Positions 44,247 to 53,413 of a stretch of DNA of 54,786 bases are shown piece after piece. Numbering within the stretch: position 1 is the stretch's first letter; each line of letters starts with the position of its first letter. This DNA is from Candidatus Woesearchaeota archaeon (GTDB lineage: Archaea > Nanobdellota > Nanobdellia > Pacearchaeales > GW2011-AR1), in assembly GCA_964364885.1 (NCBI GenBank), contig CAYIOA010000002.1, forward strand, positions 1 to 54,786, in the 5' to 3' direction. The notes beneath the pieces were generated by a model. It made no database searches. It worked only from the letters and a program-made list of their open reading frames with translations, and was not told the DNA's origin. Position numbers and translations under genes: made by a program.

Positions 44247-44929
44247 TGGAAGAAAAAAAATTTGTTACATTCAAGAAGGAAGAGCTGGGAGTAAGGGAAT
44301 ACATAAAAAGCGAGCTAGGCAAAGGCAGAATAAGTGAAGTAATGATTGAGTATACTCCAATCGGAGAGAAAATAGTAGTAGCAACAAGTCGCCCAGGCAT
44401 AGTAATAGGGCGAAAAGGAGAAAGAATAGAAGAGTTGACAAGATTTCTAAAAAAGCGTTTCAAACTCGATAATCCTCATATCGAAATCAGGGAAATCATG
44501 GAGCCATTATTAGACGCGCAATTAGTAGCCGATGAAATAGCAATCTCTTTGGAGAGGAAAGGTTCTCTAAAATTCAAGGTTATAGCATATAAAATGTTGC
44601 AGCAAATTATTAAAGCCGGCGCCATGGGAGCTGAAATAGTTCTATCAGGCAAGCTTCCAAGCGAGCGCGCCCGCTCATGGAGATTTTCTCAAGGTTATCT
44701 AAAGAAAACAGGAGATCCTGCAAAGGTTGTTGACAGAGCCCAATCTCAAGCAACAACAATCTCTGGTGTTGTAGGAGTCAAGGTAAGCATACTTCACCCA
44801 GACGCGGTAATTCATGACAGAATAATAATAAACGAGAATCTCACAAACCAGATAAAAACAACCAATGAAGAATTATCTCAAAAGATCGAGAAGGAAAAAC
44901 CAAAAAAAAGGAGAAGCTCAGAAGAATAA
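44246..44929 (+). CDS. rps3: 30S ribosomal protein uS3
   Basis: KH domain (PGIVIGRKGERIEEL). TAATG overlap with uL22. The track start at 44150 is an upstream extension. Confidence 0.92.
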   Translation: MEEKKFVTFKKEELGVREYIKSELGKGRISEVMIEYTPIGEKIVVATSRPGIVIGRKGERIEELTRFLKKRFKLDNPHIEIREIMEPLLDAQLVADEIAISLERKGSLKFKVIAYKMLQQIIKAGAMGAEIVLSGKLPSERARSWRFSQGYLKKTGDPAKVVDRAQSQATTISGVVGVKVSILHPDAVIHDRIIINENLTNQIKTTNEELSQKIEKEKPKKRRSSEE

Positions 44930-45130
44930 ATGGCAATTATAAAATCAAAAGAAATACGAAATATGGGGGAGAATGAGAGAAATAACCGGCTTAATGAGCT
45001 GAAATTAGAGCTTATAAAGGCAAATGTTACAGCAAACAAGTCAAATGCAAAAACAAAAGAAATTAAAAGGGCAATTTCACGCTTAATTATGTTCAACAAA
45101 TCCACAAGGGAGGAGTTGAGAAAGAAATAA
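44930..45130 (+). CDS. rpl29: 50S ribosomal protein uL29
   Basis: 66 aa. ELKLELIKA helical pattern. Operon position. Confidence 0.88.
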   Translation: MAIIKSKEIRNMGENERNNRLNELKLELIKANVTANKSNAKTKEIKRAISRLIMFNKSTREELRKK

Positions 45131-45426
45131 TGAATCTAGACGAATTCGGTCTGCCAACAGAAGCCGATGTGTTTAGGGAAATCGCAAAAAGCGAACAAAG
45201 CATAAAGGTGAGCACCCAGACGAGGAGATACGGAAAAAAAATAACACTCGTAGAGGGTTTTGACAAGCATATAGATGTAAAAGCAATTGGAAAACGTCTA
45301 AAAGAAGAGCTAGCCTGCGGCGGAACAGTAAAAAACAACGTTATCGAATTGCAAGGAGATCACAAGGTAAAGGTAAAACAGGTTCTTGTGAAACTCGGTT
45401 TTTCAGAAGAAACAATCAGCGATTAA
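45130..45426 (+). CDS. translation initiation factor aSUI1 (eIF1 homologue)
   Basis: GKKITLVEGFD...LKEELACGGTVKNNVIELQGDH motif. Confidence 0.9.
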   Translation: MNLDEFGLPTEADVFREIAKSEQSIKVSTQTRRYGKKITLVEGFDKHIDVKAIGKRLKEELACGGTVKNNVIELQGDHKVKVKQVLVKLGFSEETISD

Positions 45427-45449
45427 CCAAACAAGCATATGGAGAAGTA

Positions 45450-45767
45450 ATGAGCAAAGACAAGAAACATTTAGTAGAGAAAGAAGGGAAAATAAAGGAC
45501 CTAGTTGGAGCTCGCGGAAGAATTTTCGAAGGTTTCGTAAAGAAAAAATTTCCCAAGCGAATAACAGTAGAATTTGAAAGAACACTCTTTATAAAAAAAT
45601 TCGAGCGTTTTCTTAAGAAAAGAACAAGACTGCATGCGCGCCTGCCAGACAACGCTGATGTTGGAGTAGGAGACTATGTTCAAATAAGGGAGTGCAGGCC
45701 ATTAAGCAGAACAATACACTTCATATTCACAAAAAAAATACGCTCTTTTAGCGAGGTAAAAAAATGA
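45450..45767 (+). CDS. rps17: 30S ribosomal protein uS17
   Basis: GDYVQIRECRPLSRTIHF motif. Confidence 0.9.
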   Translation: MSKDKKHLVEKEGKIKDLVGARGRIFEGFVKKKFPKRITVEFERTLFIKKFERFLKKRTRLHARLPDNADVGVGDYVQIRECRPLSRTIHFIFTKKIRSFSEVKK

Positions 45768-46165
45768 AGGCAATAAGTGCAACTATCACTCGCGGTCTGA
45801 ATATCGGAAGTCAGCTAGTCGCAGCAGACAATAGCGGAGCAAGAATTGTAAGAATAGTTTCAGTAAAGCACGGGAAATCAAAAAAAGGAAGGCAGCAGTA
45901 TGCAAAAGTCGGAGATTGGATAAAAGTCTCGGTGCGTGCAGGCAAGCCTGACATGAAAGGCCAGGTATTTGATGCAGTATTAGTAAGGCAGAAAAAACCG
46001 TATAAAAGAATAACTGGAGAAAGAGTTTGTTTCGAGGACAATGCGGCAGTTTTATTGAAAGATGAAAAAGGAAATCCAAAAGGCACGCAAGTCAAGGGTC
46101 CAGTCGCTAGGGAAGTGCAGGAGCGATGGGCCCAAGTATCTAAAATTGCACAATTTGTAATATGA
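45764..46165 (+). CDS. rpl14: 50S ribosomal protein uL14
   Basis: VAADNSGARIVRIVSV motif. Confidence 0.93.
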   Translation: MKAISATITRGLNIGSQLVAADNSGARIVRIVSVKHGKSKKGRQQYAKVGDWIKVSVRAGKPDMKGQVFDAVLVRQKKPYKRITGERVCFEDNAAVLLKDEKGNPKGTQVKGPVAREVQERWAQVSKIAQFVI

Positions 46166-46189
46166 CAAAGGTTGTGGGGAGCTATTAAT

Positions 46190-46597
46190 ATGAGAAAAGC
46201 ATTTTCTTCTAATTGGCTCTCTAGCAAGCAAAAAAGAAAGCAAATAAAATACCGCGCAAATGCTCCCTTACATAAAAAGCATAAATTTTTAAGTGCCCAT
46301 TTGTCGAAAATGCTTAGAGAGAAATACAGCAGAAGAAGTCTTCCTTTGAGAAAAGGAGATGAGGTTATTGTCATGCGGGGAGCTTTCAAAAAAAGAAAAG
46401 AGAAAGTATCTTCAATAGACCTCAAAAGACTGAGAGTAAATCTTGAAAATCTGCAGAGATCAAAAAAGGACGGCACAAAAGTAAACGTCCATTTCTCCCC
46501 AAGCGTACTTCAAATTCAATCCCTAAACTTAGAGGATAAAGAAAGAATACAAGCGCTAAACAGGAAACAAAAGGAAAATGCATCAAACAAGAAGTGA
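46190..46597 (+). CDS. rpl24: 50S ribosomal protein uL24
   Basis: KQKRKQIKYRANAPLHKKHKFLSAHLS and RKGDEVIVMRGAFK (KOW) motifs. ATG 46190; the track start at 46172 is TTG. Confidence 0.9.
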   Translation: MRKAFSSNWLSSKQKRKQIKYRANAPLHKKHKFLSAHLSKMLREKYSRRSLPLRKGDEVIVMRGAFKKRKEKVSSIDLKRLRVNLENLQRSKKDGTKVNVHFSPSVLQIQSLNLEDKERIQALNRKQKENASNKK

Positions 46598-47204
46598 GGT
46601 GACAAAAAAATTACCTATCCCTCGAAAGGGAACAAAATACGTAGCCAGGCCTCTTTCAGACATAAAAAATTCAGTAACAATTGTGGCTGCAGTAAGAGAC
46701 ATGTTGCACTTGGCAAGAACAGCCCGCGAAGTGCAAGAAATGATAAAACAAAAACTTCTTAAAATAAACGGGAGAATAGTTAAAGATTATAGGGATAGCA
46801 TAAGACTTTTTAACATATTGGAGGCTGGGAATAATTATGTTCTTGCCTTAACTAGGAATGGAAGATTTACTCTGGAGGAAGCAAAAAATCCCTCAGAAAG
46901 ATTATGCAAGGTAATAAATAAAAAGATACTGAAAAAACAAAAAGTGCAAATAAATCTTCATGACAATTCCAACATTATTGCTGACAATAAAATCCAGATA
47001 GGAGACTCTCTCTATTTAGACTTATCAGGCAAAATAAAAAGAACTGTCCAGATGAAAGAAGGAAAAGATTGCATAATTATTTCTGGCAAATATATTGGAT
47101 TCACAGGCAGAATTAACAGCGTGGTCAATAACAAAGTAGAAATAAAACTAAAAGAAAAAGATGCCTTGGTAGAATTAGAAAAAAGGAGTATAGTCACAAT
47201 ATGA
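46578..47204 (+). CDS. rps4e: 30S ribosomal protein eS4
   Basis: LPIPRKGTKYVARP N-terminus. S4/KOW architecture. Operon position. Confidence 0.88.
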   Translation: MHQTRSEVTKKLPIPRKGTKYVARPLSDIKNSVTIVAAVRDMLHLARTAREVQEMIKQKLLKINGRIVKDYRDSIRLFNILEAGNNYVLALTRNGRFTLEEAKNPSERLCKVINKKILKKQKVQINLHDNSNIIADNKIQIGDSLYLDLSGKIKRTVQMKEGKDCIIISGKYIGFTGRINSVVNNKVEIKLKEKDALVELEKRSIVTI

Positions 47205-47728
47205 AATTACAGAAACTAAAGGAAAAAATAGCCAAAAATCCAATGAGAGAAATAAAGCTGGAAAAAATAGTCCTTAGCTGCGGAGCAACAGGGGCAGATT
47301 TAGAAAAATCAAAAAAATTATTAGAGTTTTTGACAGGGAGAAAAGCCCATAAGATAATCTCTCTAAAGAGAATTCCAGATTTTGGAGTTCGTCCAGGCCT
47401 GGAAGTTGGAGTAAGAGTAACAATAAGAAAAGAAGCAATAAACCTTTTAAGAAAGCTTCTTGGAGCAATAGGAAACTCCTTGGACGAGGACCAAATAACA
47501 AAAAATAGTTTTTCTTTTGGCATAAAAGAGTATATAGAAATACCAGGCATAGACTATCAAAGAGAAATAGGCATACGTGGGCTTAATGTAACAGCCTCTT
47601 TTATCCGCGCAGGCGTAAGAGTAAGGAGAAAAAAAATAAAATTTGGGAAACTGCCTAAAAAACAGCACGTCTCCAAGGAAGAAATAATAGGATACATGGA
47701 GGAAAAATTTAACACAAATATAACCTAA
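47201..47728 (+). CDS. rpl5: 50S ribosomal protein uL5
   Basis: NPMREIKLEKIVLSCG and FGIKEYIEIPG motifs. Confidence 0.92.
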   Translation: MKLQKLKEKIAKNPMREIKLEKIVLSCGATGADLEKSKKLLEFLTGRKAHKIISLKRIPDFGVRPGLEVGVRVTIRKEAINLLRKLLGAIGNSLDEDQITKNSFSFGIKEYIEIPGIDYQREIGIRGLNVTASFIRAGVRVRRKKIKFGKLPKKQHVSKEEIIGYMEEKFNTNIT

Positions 47729-47729
47729 A

Positions 47730-47960
47730 ATGACATCAAGCGATTGGAATAAAATAACAAAGCAACTTAAAAACAAACCTGTAGTCCTACAGAAATTTTT
47801 AAGAAATTGCAGACCGAAAGAAAGAAAGATAGGTATTTCAGTAAAGAAGTGCGGACGCTGTGGAAGATATGGCTCCCATCTAAGTCAATATAATCTAAAT
47901 TTATGCCGGCATTGTTTCCGCGAGATAGCGGAGGAAATAGGCTTCAAAAAATACAGTTAA
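47730..47960 (+). CDS. rps14: 30S ribosomal protein uS14 (zinc type)
   Basis: CGRCGR...CRHCFRE zinc motif. Confidence 0.9.
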   Translation: MTSSDWNKITKQLKNKPVVLQKFLRNCRPKERKIGISVKKCGRCGRYGSHLSQYNLNLCRHCFREIAEEIGFKKYS

Positions 47961-47961
47961 A

Positions 47962-48336
47962 ATGTCACAAGATATAGTTTCAGACGCACTAAACCAAATA
48001 ATAAACGCCAAGAAAGCAGGCAAAGAAGAGTTAGAAATAAAAAGGCACTCAAAACTACTTCTTTCAATATTAGCCATAGCCAAAATGAGAAAGTATGTCA
48101 AAGAGTACAAGACAGATGGAAAAGCTCTCAAAATAAAATTAGGGACAATAAATGACTGCAGGGCAATAAAGCCAAGATTTACAATATCAATAAGTAAAAT
48201 TGAGAGGTATATAAGCAGATATTTACCGGCAAAAAACATAGGGATATTGATAATTTCAACATCTAACGGGCTTATGACTCATCAAACAGCTGTAGAAAAA
48301 AACATAGGGGGGAGCTTGATAGCATATATTTACTAA
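47962..48336 (+). CDS. rps8: 30S ribosomal protein uS8
   Basis: DIVSDALNQIINAKKAG N-terminus. Confidence 0.92.
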   Translation: MSQDIVSDALNQIINAKKAGKEELEIKRHSKLLLSILAIAKMRKYVKEYKTDGKALKIKLGTINDCRAIKPRFTISISKIERYISRYLPAKNIGILIISTSNGLMTHQTAVEKNIGGSLIAYIY

Positions 48337-48337
48337 G

Positions 48338-48880
48338 ATGAAAAATAAAATTATAAAAGAAATAGACATTCCGGAAGGAATCAACTGCGAATATTCGAAC
48401 TATTTCCTAAAATGCGAAAAAGATTCTGTATTCATAAAGAGAAAGATAACTATCCCGGAAGTTGAAATACAGGTCAAAAATAACAAGTTAAAATTCGAGT
48501 GTAAAAAAGGAAACAAAAGCACTTACAAGACAATCATGTCGTTTGCCGCGCATATTGAAAATATGCTCTCTGGGCTGCAAAAAAACTTTATTTATAAATT
48601 AGAAGCTTGCAACGTTCATTTTCCAATGGTATTAAAATTAGAAGGAGACAAAATTTCAATAGGAAACTTTCTAGGGGAAAAAACATCAAGGTATGCGAAA
48701 ATACTCCCGAATGTTGAAGTAAAAATAAACGGGCAGCAGATTATAATTTCTTCATCTGATAAAGAAGCGGCTGGTCAGACAGCGGCAAATTTAGAGAAAT
48801 CAACAAAAATAAAAGGCCGTGACAGAAGAATTTATCAGGATGGAATTTTTATAACTCAAAAACCAGGAAGGGAATTATAA
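48338..48880 (+). CDS. rpl6: 50S ribosomal protein uL6
   Basis: Two-domain uL6 pattern. RRIYQDGIFI C-terminus. Operon position. Confidence 0.9.
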   Translation: MKNKIIKEIDIPEGINCEYSNYFLKCEKDSVFIKRKITIPEVEIQVKNNKLKFECKKGNKSTYKTIMSFAAHIENMLSGLQKNFIYKLEACNVHFPMVLKLEGDKISIGNFLGEKTSRYAKILPNVEVKINGQQIIISSSDKEAAGQTAANLEKSTKIKGRDRRIYQDGIFITQKPGREL

Positions 48881-49227
48881 TGCCGGGAAAATTTATTCGG
48901 CAGGACAGCTCACGGCATCTTAGAATTGGTAAGAGAAGAAAGAAAAAAAGAATCTGGCGAAAACCAAAAGGAAGACATAGCAAGATGAGACTAAAAAGAA
49001 AGTCTTATCCCTCCTCGGTAGCAGTAGGCGCAAAATCTCAAAGAAATAAGTCTGGAAAAATAAACAATTTGACGCCAAAATTAATTCATAATCTCAAGGA
49101 ATTAAGCTCTCTAAATAAAGAGTCTATAGGAATACTCGCCAAAATAGGTGTAAAAAAGAAGCTGGAGATTATAAAATCAGCAAAAGAAAAGAACATAAGA
49201 TTATTAAATGTTAAGGGTGCGCAATGA
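48880..49227 (+). CDS. rpl32e: 50S ribosomal protein eL32
   Basis: FIRQDSSRHLRIG...WRKPKGRHSKMR motif. Confidence 0.9.
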   Translation: MPGKFIRQDSSRHLRIGKRRKKKRIWRKPKGRHSKMRLKRKSYPSSVAVGAKSQRNKSGKINNLTPKLIHNLKELSSLNKESIGILAKIGVKKKLEIIKSAKEKNIRLLNVKGAQ

Positions 49228-49628
49228 AATTAGAGAAGAAAAAATCACTTGTTGTAAGAACGCTTGGCGTAGGAAAAGCCAGAATAGTTTTCAACACTCA
49301 AAGGCTGAGTGAAATAAAAGAAGCAATAACGAAGCAGGATATAAAAGACCTGCATAAGTCTGGGGCAATTATAATAATAGAAAAGAAAGGAAGAAGAAAA
49401 GTAAAAAAAAGAACGAGTAGAAGAAGAAGCGGAAGTATAAAGCACAAAAAGAGCAATTCAAAGAAAGAGTATGCAACCCTGACAAGAAAATTAAGATTAT
49501 ATCTGTCAGCTCTAAAAAGAAACAACAAAATTTCACAGGAAGAATTTAAAAAACTAAGAAAAGAGATAAAGAACAGAAACTTTAGAAGTCTTTCTCACAT
49601 AAAAGAAACAATCTCGGGGGCAGCATAA
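49224..49628 (+). CDS. rpl19e: 50S ribosomal protein eL19
   Basis: KKSLVVRTLGVGKARI N-terminus and a basic C-terminal helix. Confidence 0.9.
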   Translation: MKLEKKKSLVVRTLGVGKARIVFNTQRLSEIKEAITKQDIKDLHKSGAIIIIEKKGRRKVKKRTSRRRSGSIKHKKSNSKKEYATLTRKLRLYLSALKRNNKISQEEFKKLRKEIKNRNFRSLSHIKETISGAA

Positions 49629-49629
49629 A

Positions 49630-50106
49630 ATGACAAAAACATTAAAAAGAAGAAGAAAAGAAGCAAAGACAGATTACAAAGCAAGATTAGCTCTGCTTAA
49701 ATCAGAAAAGCCGCGCATAGTAATAAGAAAAACAAACAAGTATATCATGGCTCAAATTATAAAATCAGATCACGCCCAGGATAAAGTTATAGCGAGTGCT
49801 ACGTCAAAAGATCTATTAAAGAAAGGCTGGCCGGATAATAAAAATGGGAGTCTTAAAACTCTCGCCGCTTGCTACCTCACAGGATCTCTTTTGGTAAAGA
49901 ATCTCAAGGATAAGCCGGAAGAGGTTATTCTTGATATAGGGTTGTCAAGAAATGTTCACGGTTCAAGAATTTATGCTCTTCTTAAAGGAGCAATAGACTC
50001 AGGGCTGAATGTCTCTCATAAAAAAGAAATTCTTCCTTCATTAGAAAAAATAAATTCAACCAACAAATCAAGCATTGTTCTTGCTAAAATAAAGGAGGGA
50101 ATATAA
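49630..50106 (+). CDS. rpl18: 50S ribosomal protein uL18
   Basis: RRRKEAKTDYKARLALLKSEKPRIVIRKTNKYIMAQI motif. Confidence 0.92.
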   Translation: MTKTLKRRRKEAKTDYKARLALLKSEKPRIVIRKTNKYIMAQIIKSDHAQDKVIASATSKDLLKKGWPDNKNGSLKTLAACYLTGSLLVKNLKDKPEEVILDIGLSRNVHGSRIYALLKGAIDSGLNVSHKKEILPSLEKINSTNKSSIVLAKIKEGI

Positions 50107-50107
50107 A

Positions 50108-50863
50108 ATGGCGGAAAAAGAAATAAAACAAGATATTGAAGCACTGCCGGAAGAAATAGGGAAAATAGATATTTTAGCGGAGAAAAAAGAACAAAAAGAG
50201 TACACAGGAGAGAAAGTCTATTTAGATTCATGGGTTCCTAAAACAAAACTGGGAAGGTCAGTTAAAGAAGGAAAAGAAAAAGATATTGACAAGATAATAA
50301 AAAGCGGGAAAAAAATTCTCGAGCCGGAGATTGTAGAATCTCTAATCAGTCTGGAATCAGAATTGCTTATGATTGGGCAAGCAAAAGGAAAATTCGGAGG
50401 AGGAAAAAGAAGAGCTTGGAGGCAGACTCAGAAAAAAACACAGGAAGGAAATATAATTACCTTTTCAACAATGGCTGTTGTTGGCGACAAAAACGGACAT
50501 ATTGGCATAGGATACGGCAGGGCAAAAGAAACTCTTCCTGCGAGGGAGAAAGCAATAAGAAACGCAAAATTAAATATCACAAAAATCGAGCGCGGATTTG
50601 AATCCCCAGAATCAGAAGAGGAGAAAAACAATCCGCACACAGTCCCGTTTAAAGTTCAAGGAAAATGCGGAAGCGTAAAATTAACTCTTTTGCCGGCTCC
50701 AAGAGGAACGGGCCTGGTTATCGGAGATGAATGTAAAAAAATCCTGCGTCTTGCAGGAATAAAAGATGTATACTCCCAAACAAGGGGGAAAACAAAAACA
50801 ACTTTCAATATGGCAAAGGCATGCATGAACGCTTTAATAAACACAACAAAAATAAATTTGTAA
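50108..50863 (+). CDS. rps5: 30S ribosomal protein uS5
   Basis: WVPKTKLGRSVKEGK and VVGDKNGHIGIGYGRAKE motifs. Confidence 0.92.
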   Translation: MAEKEIKQDIEALPEEIGKIDILAEKKEQKEYTGEKVYLDSWVPKTKLGRSVKEGKEKDIDKIIKSGKKILEPEIVESLISLESELLMIGQAKGKFGGGKRRAWRQTQKKTQEGNIITFSTMAVVGDKNGHIGIGYGRAKETLPAREKAIRNAKLNITKIERGFESPESEEEKNNPHTVPFKVQGKCGSVKLTLLPAPRGTGLVIGDECKKILRLAGIKDVYSQTRGKTKTTFNMAKACMNALINTTKINL

Positions 50864-50864
50864 A

Positions 50865-51284
50865 ATGATAGCAGTTATAAGAATTTCAGGAGACGTAGAC
50901 CTTCCGGGGAACATCAGAGAAGCCCTTTACAGGCTTAAAATAAGAAGAAAATACTCAGCTGTGCTTATTCATCCAACACAAATAAACATGAAATTATTAA
51001 AAGTATTAAGAAATCATGTCGCATACGGCACTATAGATAACGAAACTTTAACAAAGCTAATAGAAAAAAGAGGAAAGCCTCTCGAAAAGGATAAAAAGAT
51101 TAACAAAGATGAAATAATAGAGAAGCTGGACAAAAAAACACTCTCGGACTTAGGATTGAAGCCATTTTTCAGATTGCATCCCCCGCGAGGAGGAATAGAC
51201 TCAAAAAAGCATGCTGGAAAAGGCAAGGGTGTCCTAGGCGACAACAAAGAAAAGATAAATGATTTAATTAGGAGGATGTTATAA
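50865..51284 (+). CDS. rpl30: 50S ribosomal protein uL30
   Basis: IAVIRISGDVDLPGNIREALYRLKIRRKY motif. Confidence 0.9.
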   Translation: MIAVIRISGDVDLPGNIREALYRLKIRRKYSAVLIHPTQINMKLLKVLRNHVAYGTIDNETLTKLIEKRGKPLEKDKKINKDEIIEKLDKKTLSDLGLKPFFRLHPPRGGIDSKKHAGKGKGVLGDNKEKINDLIRRML

Positions 51285-51541
51285 TGGCATATGCTGGTTT
51301 CATATGGGAATGTAGCTGTGGTCATATTGAATATGGGGAATACGCTCCAGAAGAGTGCGCCCAATGCAACAAAATAGACACTTTTATTAAACTGCCGGAA
51401 GAATTTATAGAGGAGAGAGAAAAAGATATATCAAAGAACGAATTTGATGACATTTTAGCAGTAAGAAAACATCGGCTGAGAAATAAAACTCCGAAGATGC
51501 AAAAGCAGGTTAAAAAAACAACGAGAAAAAAAAGAAAATGA
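51284..51541 (+). CDS. rubredoxin-like Zn-ribbon protein with lysine-rich tail, embedded in the ribosomal operon
   Basis: WECSCGH-x12-CAQC ribbon. Acidic middle. KHRLRNKTPKMQKQVKKTTRKKRK tail. Start overlaps the uL30 stop (TAATG) and stop overlaps the uL15 start (ATGA). Confidence 0.6.
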   Translation: MAYAGFIWECSCGHIEYGEYAPEECAQCNKIDTFIKLPEEFIEEREKDISKNEFDDILAVRKHRLRNKTPKMQKQVKKTTRKKRK

Positions 51542-51981
51542 AAACAAAAAAAAGAAAAAAATCTACGAGATATCGCGGAAGCTACACGCATGGAAGAGGC
51601 GGAAAGAAAAAAGCAAGAGGCAGCGGCCATAGAGGCGGAAAAGGAATGGCTGGAACAGGAAAAAGAGCTGACCAAAGAAAGTCTTTAGTGATAAATTTAT
51701 ACAAAGGAGATTATTTTGGAAAAGCCAAAACATTAAGAAGAAAAAAATCAAAAAAACTAAAAACAATGAATCTGAGGGACATTTCTGATAATTTCAGCTC
51801 CCTCATAGAAAAAGGTGCAATAAAAGAAATAAAAAAAGGTGAATACGAGATTGATCTCAAAGGTTATAAAATTCTAGGTGATGGAGAAATAACAACAAAA
51901 CTGACAATTATTGCTTCCGAGGCATCCAAGTCAGCAAAAGACAAGGTTAAAAAAGCAGGTGGAGATATAAGGTCAATCTAG
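51538..51981 (+). CDS. rpl15: 50S ribosomal protein uL15
   Basis: GRGGKKKARGSGHRGGKGMAGTGKR motif. Confidence 0.92.
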   Translation: MKTKKRKKSTRYRGSYTHGRGGKKKARGSGHRGGKGMAGTGKRADQRKSLVINLYKGDYFGKAKTLRRKKSKKLKTMNLRDISDNFSSLIEKGAIKEIKKGEYEIDLKGYKILGDGEITTKLTIIASEASKSAKDKVKKAGGDIRSI

Positions 51982-51982
51982 A

Positions 51983-53377
51983 ATGGCACTTGAAATAAAG
52001 CAGATATTGTACAATCTTCCAGAAGTAAAAAAGCCTCTAGAGAAAAAACTAAGCTTTAATACAAAACTTAAATGGACTCTGATTATCTTAGGCGCTTTTT
52101 TTATATTATCCAATATTTCTCTATACGGCTTGTCGAACAACGCTCTTTCCAGGCTGGAATTTTTGCAGCTTATATTTGCAACCCAATTCGGAAGTATAAT
52201 CAGTCTTGGTATCGGCCCAATAGTAATGTCTTCTATTATACTGCAATTGCTTGCTGGCTCAGGAATTCTTTCGATTGATACAAAAACAGAAGAAGGAAGA
52301 AAGTATTTTCAAGGGCTTCAGAAAATAGGAACGATATTTTTTATTATCTTTGAAGCAATGGTTTATATTTTAATGAAAGGATTAGAACCATCCCCCGGAT
52401 TTGCCTCAATTTTAATTTTTCAGTTAATCCTTGGAGGTCTAGCAATCATGCTTATGGATGAAGTAGTTCAAAAATGGGGGTTTGGCTCAGGTACTTCGCT
52501 GTTTATTGTTGCAGGAGTGGCTTGGGAATTATTCGCCCGTTTATTCCAATTCATAGATCCGACAACAGGGCAGAACTGCCTTTTTGATTTTGCAAACACC
52601 CCCTGCGGAGGAAATCTCCTTATTATTATACAATCAATTTTAAACGGCGCACCAAAAGAAGCTCTTATCGCTTCAACAGCAATTATATCCACAATCATAA
52701 TTTTCTTAATCGTTATTTTTGCGCAGGGCTTAAAAGTAGAAATACCTCTTTCTTATGAAAGGCTTCGCGGTTTTGGCATGAAATGGCCTCTAGCTTTCTT
52801 CTATGCTTCAGTAACTCCAGTTATATTGGCAGCTGCATTAGTTGCGAATATTCAATTGTTTGGAAGTCTCCTAGAAAGCTGGCTGGATAAACCTACATTT
52901 TTAGGAAGTTTTTCTCAAGGCCGTGCAGTCTCAGGTCTTGCTTTTTGGATTAGTGATTCAAATCTCTTAGAGGCGTTAATCAGAGGAAGCTTTCAAAATG
53001 TGTTTATAATTCAAGCAATAATACATCTAGTCTTTTATACAGCAATATCAGCTATATTTGCAGTTTTTTGGGTAAAGACTTCAGGGATGGACGAATCATC
53101 TCAGGCAAAAAATATTCTATCCTCTGGATTGCAAATTCCTGGTTTCAGAAAAGATCCGCGAGTACTAGAATCGATCCTTAGTCGTTACATCATGCCTTTA
53201 ACAATCATGGGCGGTCTTTCAATAGGAGCTCTCGCCGCGTTAGCGAATCTTATTGGTGCTTTAACTTCTGGAACAGCAATTCTCCTTGCAGTTATGATAA
53301 TACACCAGCTTTACCAAAAAATCGCAGAGCAGCACGCACTAGATATGCATCCAGCTCTAAGAAAAATAATGGGATAG
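51983..53377 (+). CDS. secY: preprotein translocase subunit SecY
   Basis: 464 aa with 10 TMs. Conserved position after uL15. Confidence 0.93.
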   Translation: MALEIKQILYNLPEVKKPLEKKLSFNTKLKWTLIILGAFFILSNISLYGLSNNALSRLEFLQLIFATQFGSIISLGIGPIVMSSIILQLLAGSGILSIDTKTEEGRKYFQGLQKIGTIFFIIFEAMVYILMKGLEPSPGFASILIFQLILGGLAIMLMDEVVQKWGFGSGTSLFIVAGVAWELFARLFQFIDPTTGQNCLFDFANTPCGGNLLIIIQSILNGAPKEALIASTAIISTIIIFLIVIFAQGLKVEIPLSYERLRGFGMKWPLAFFYASVTPVILAAALVANIQLFGSLLESWLDKPTFLGSFSQGRAVSGLAFWISDSNLLEALIRGSFQNVFIIQAIIHLVFYTAISAIFAVFWVKTSGMDESSQAKNILSSGLQIPGFRKDPRVLESILSRYIMPLTIMGGLSIGALAALANLIGALTSGTAILLAVMIIHQLYQKIAEQHALDMHPALRKIMG

Positions 53378-53413
53378 CATACAATTTAAAAACTATCTTT
53401 ATTAATAATAAAA

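Noticed and set aside
45811-46476. 221-aa antisense ORF, and the many other 60-140-aa antisense ORFs across the ribosomal operon, rad50, the platform genes and elsewhere
   Set aside because: They lie opposite well-supported conserved genes and have low-complexity Leu/Phe/Ser-rich translations typical of antisense frames in AT-rich DNA. None has a motif.
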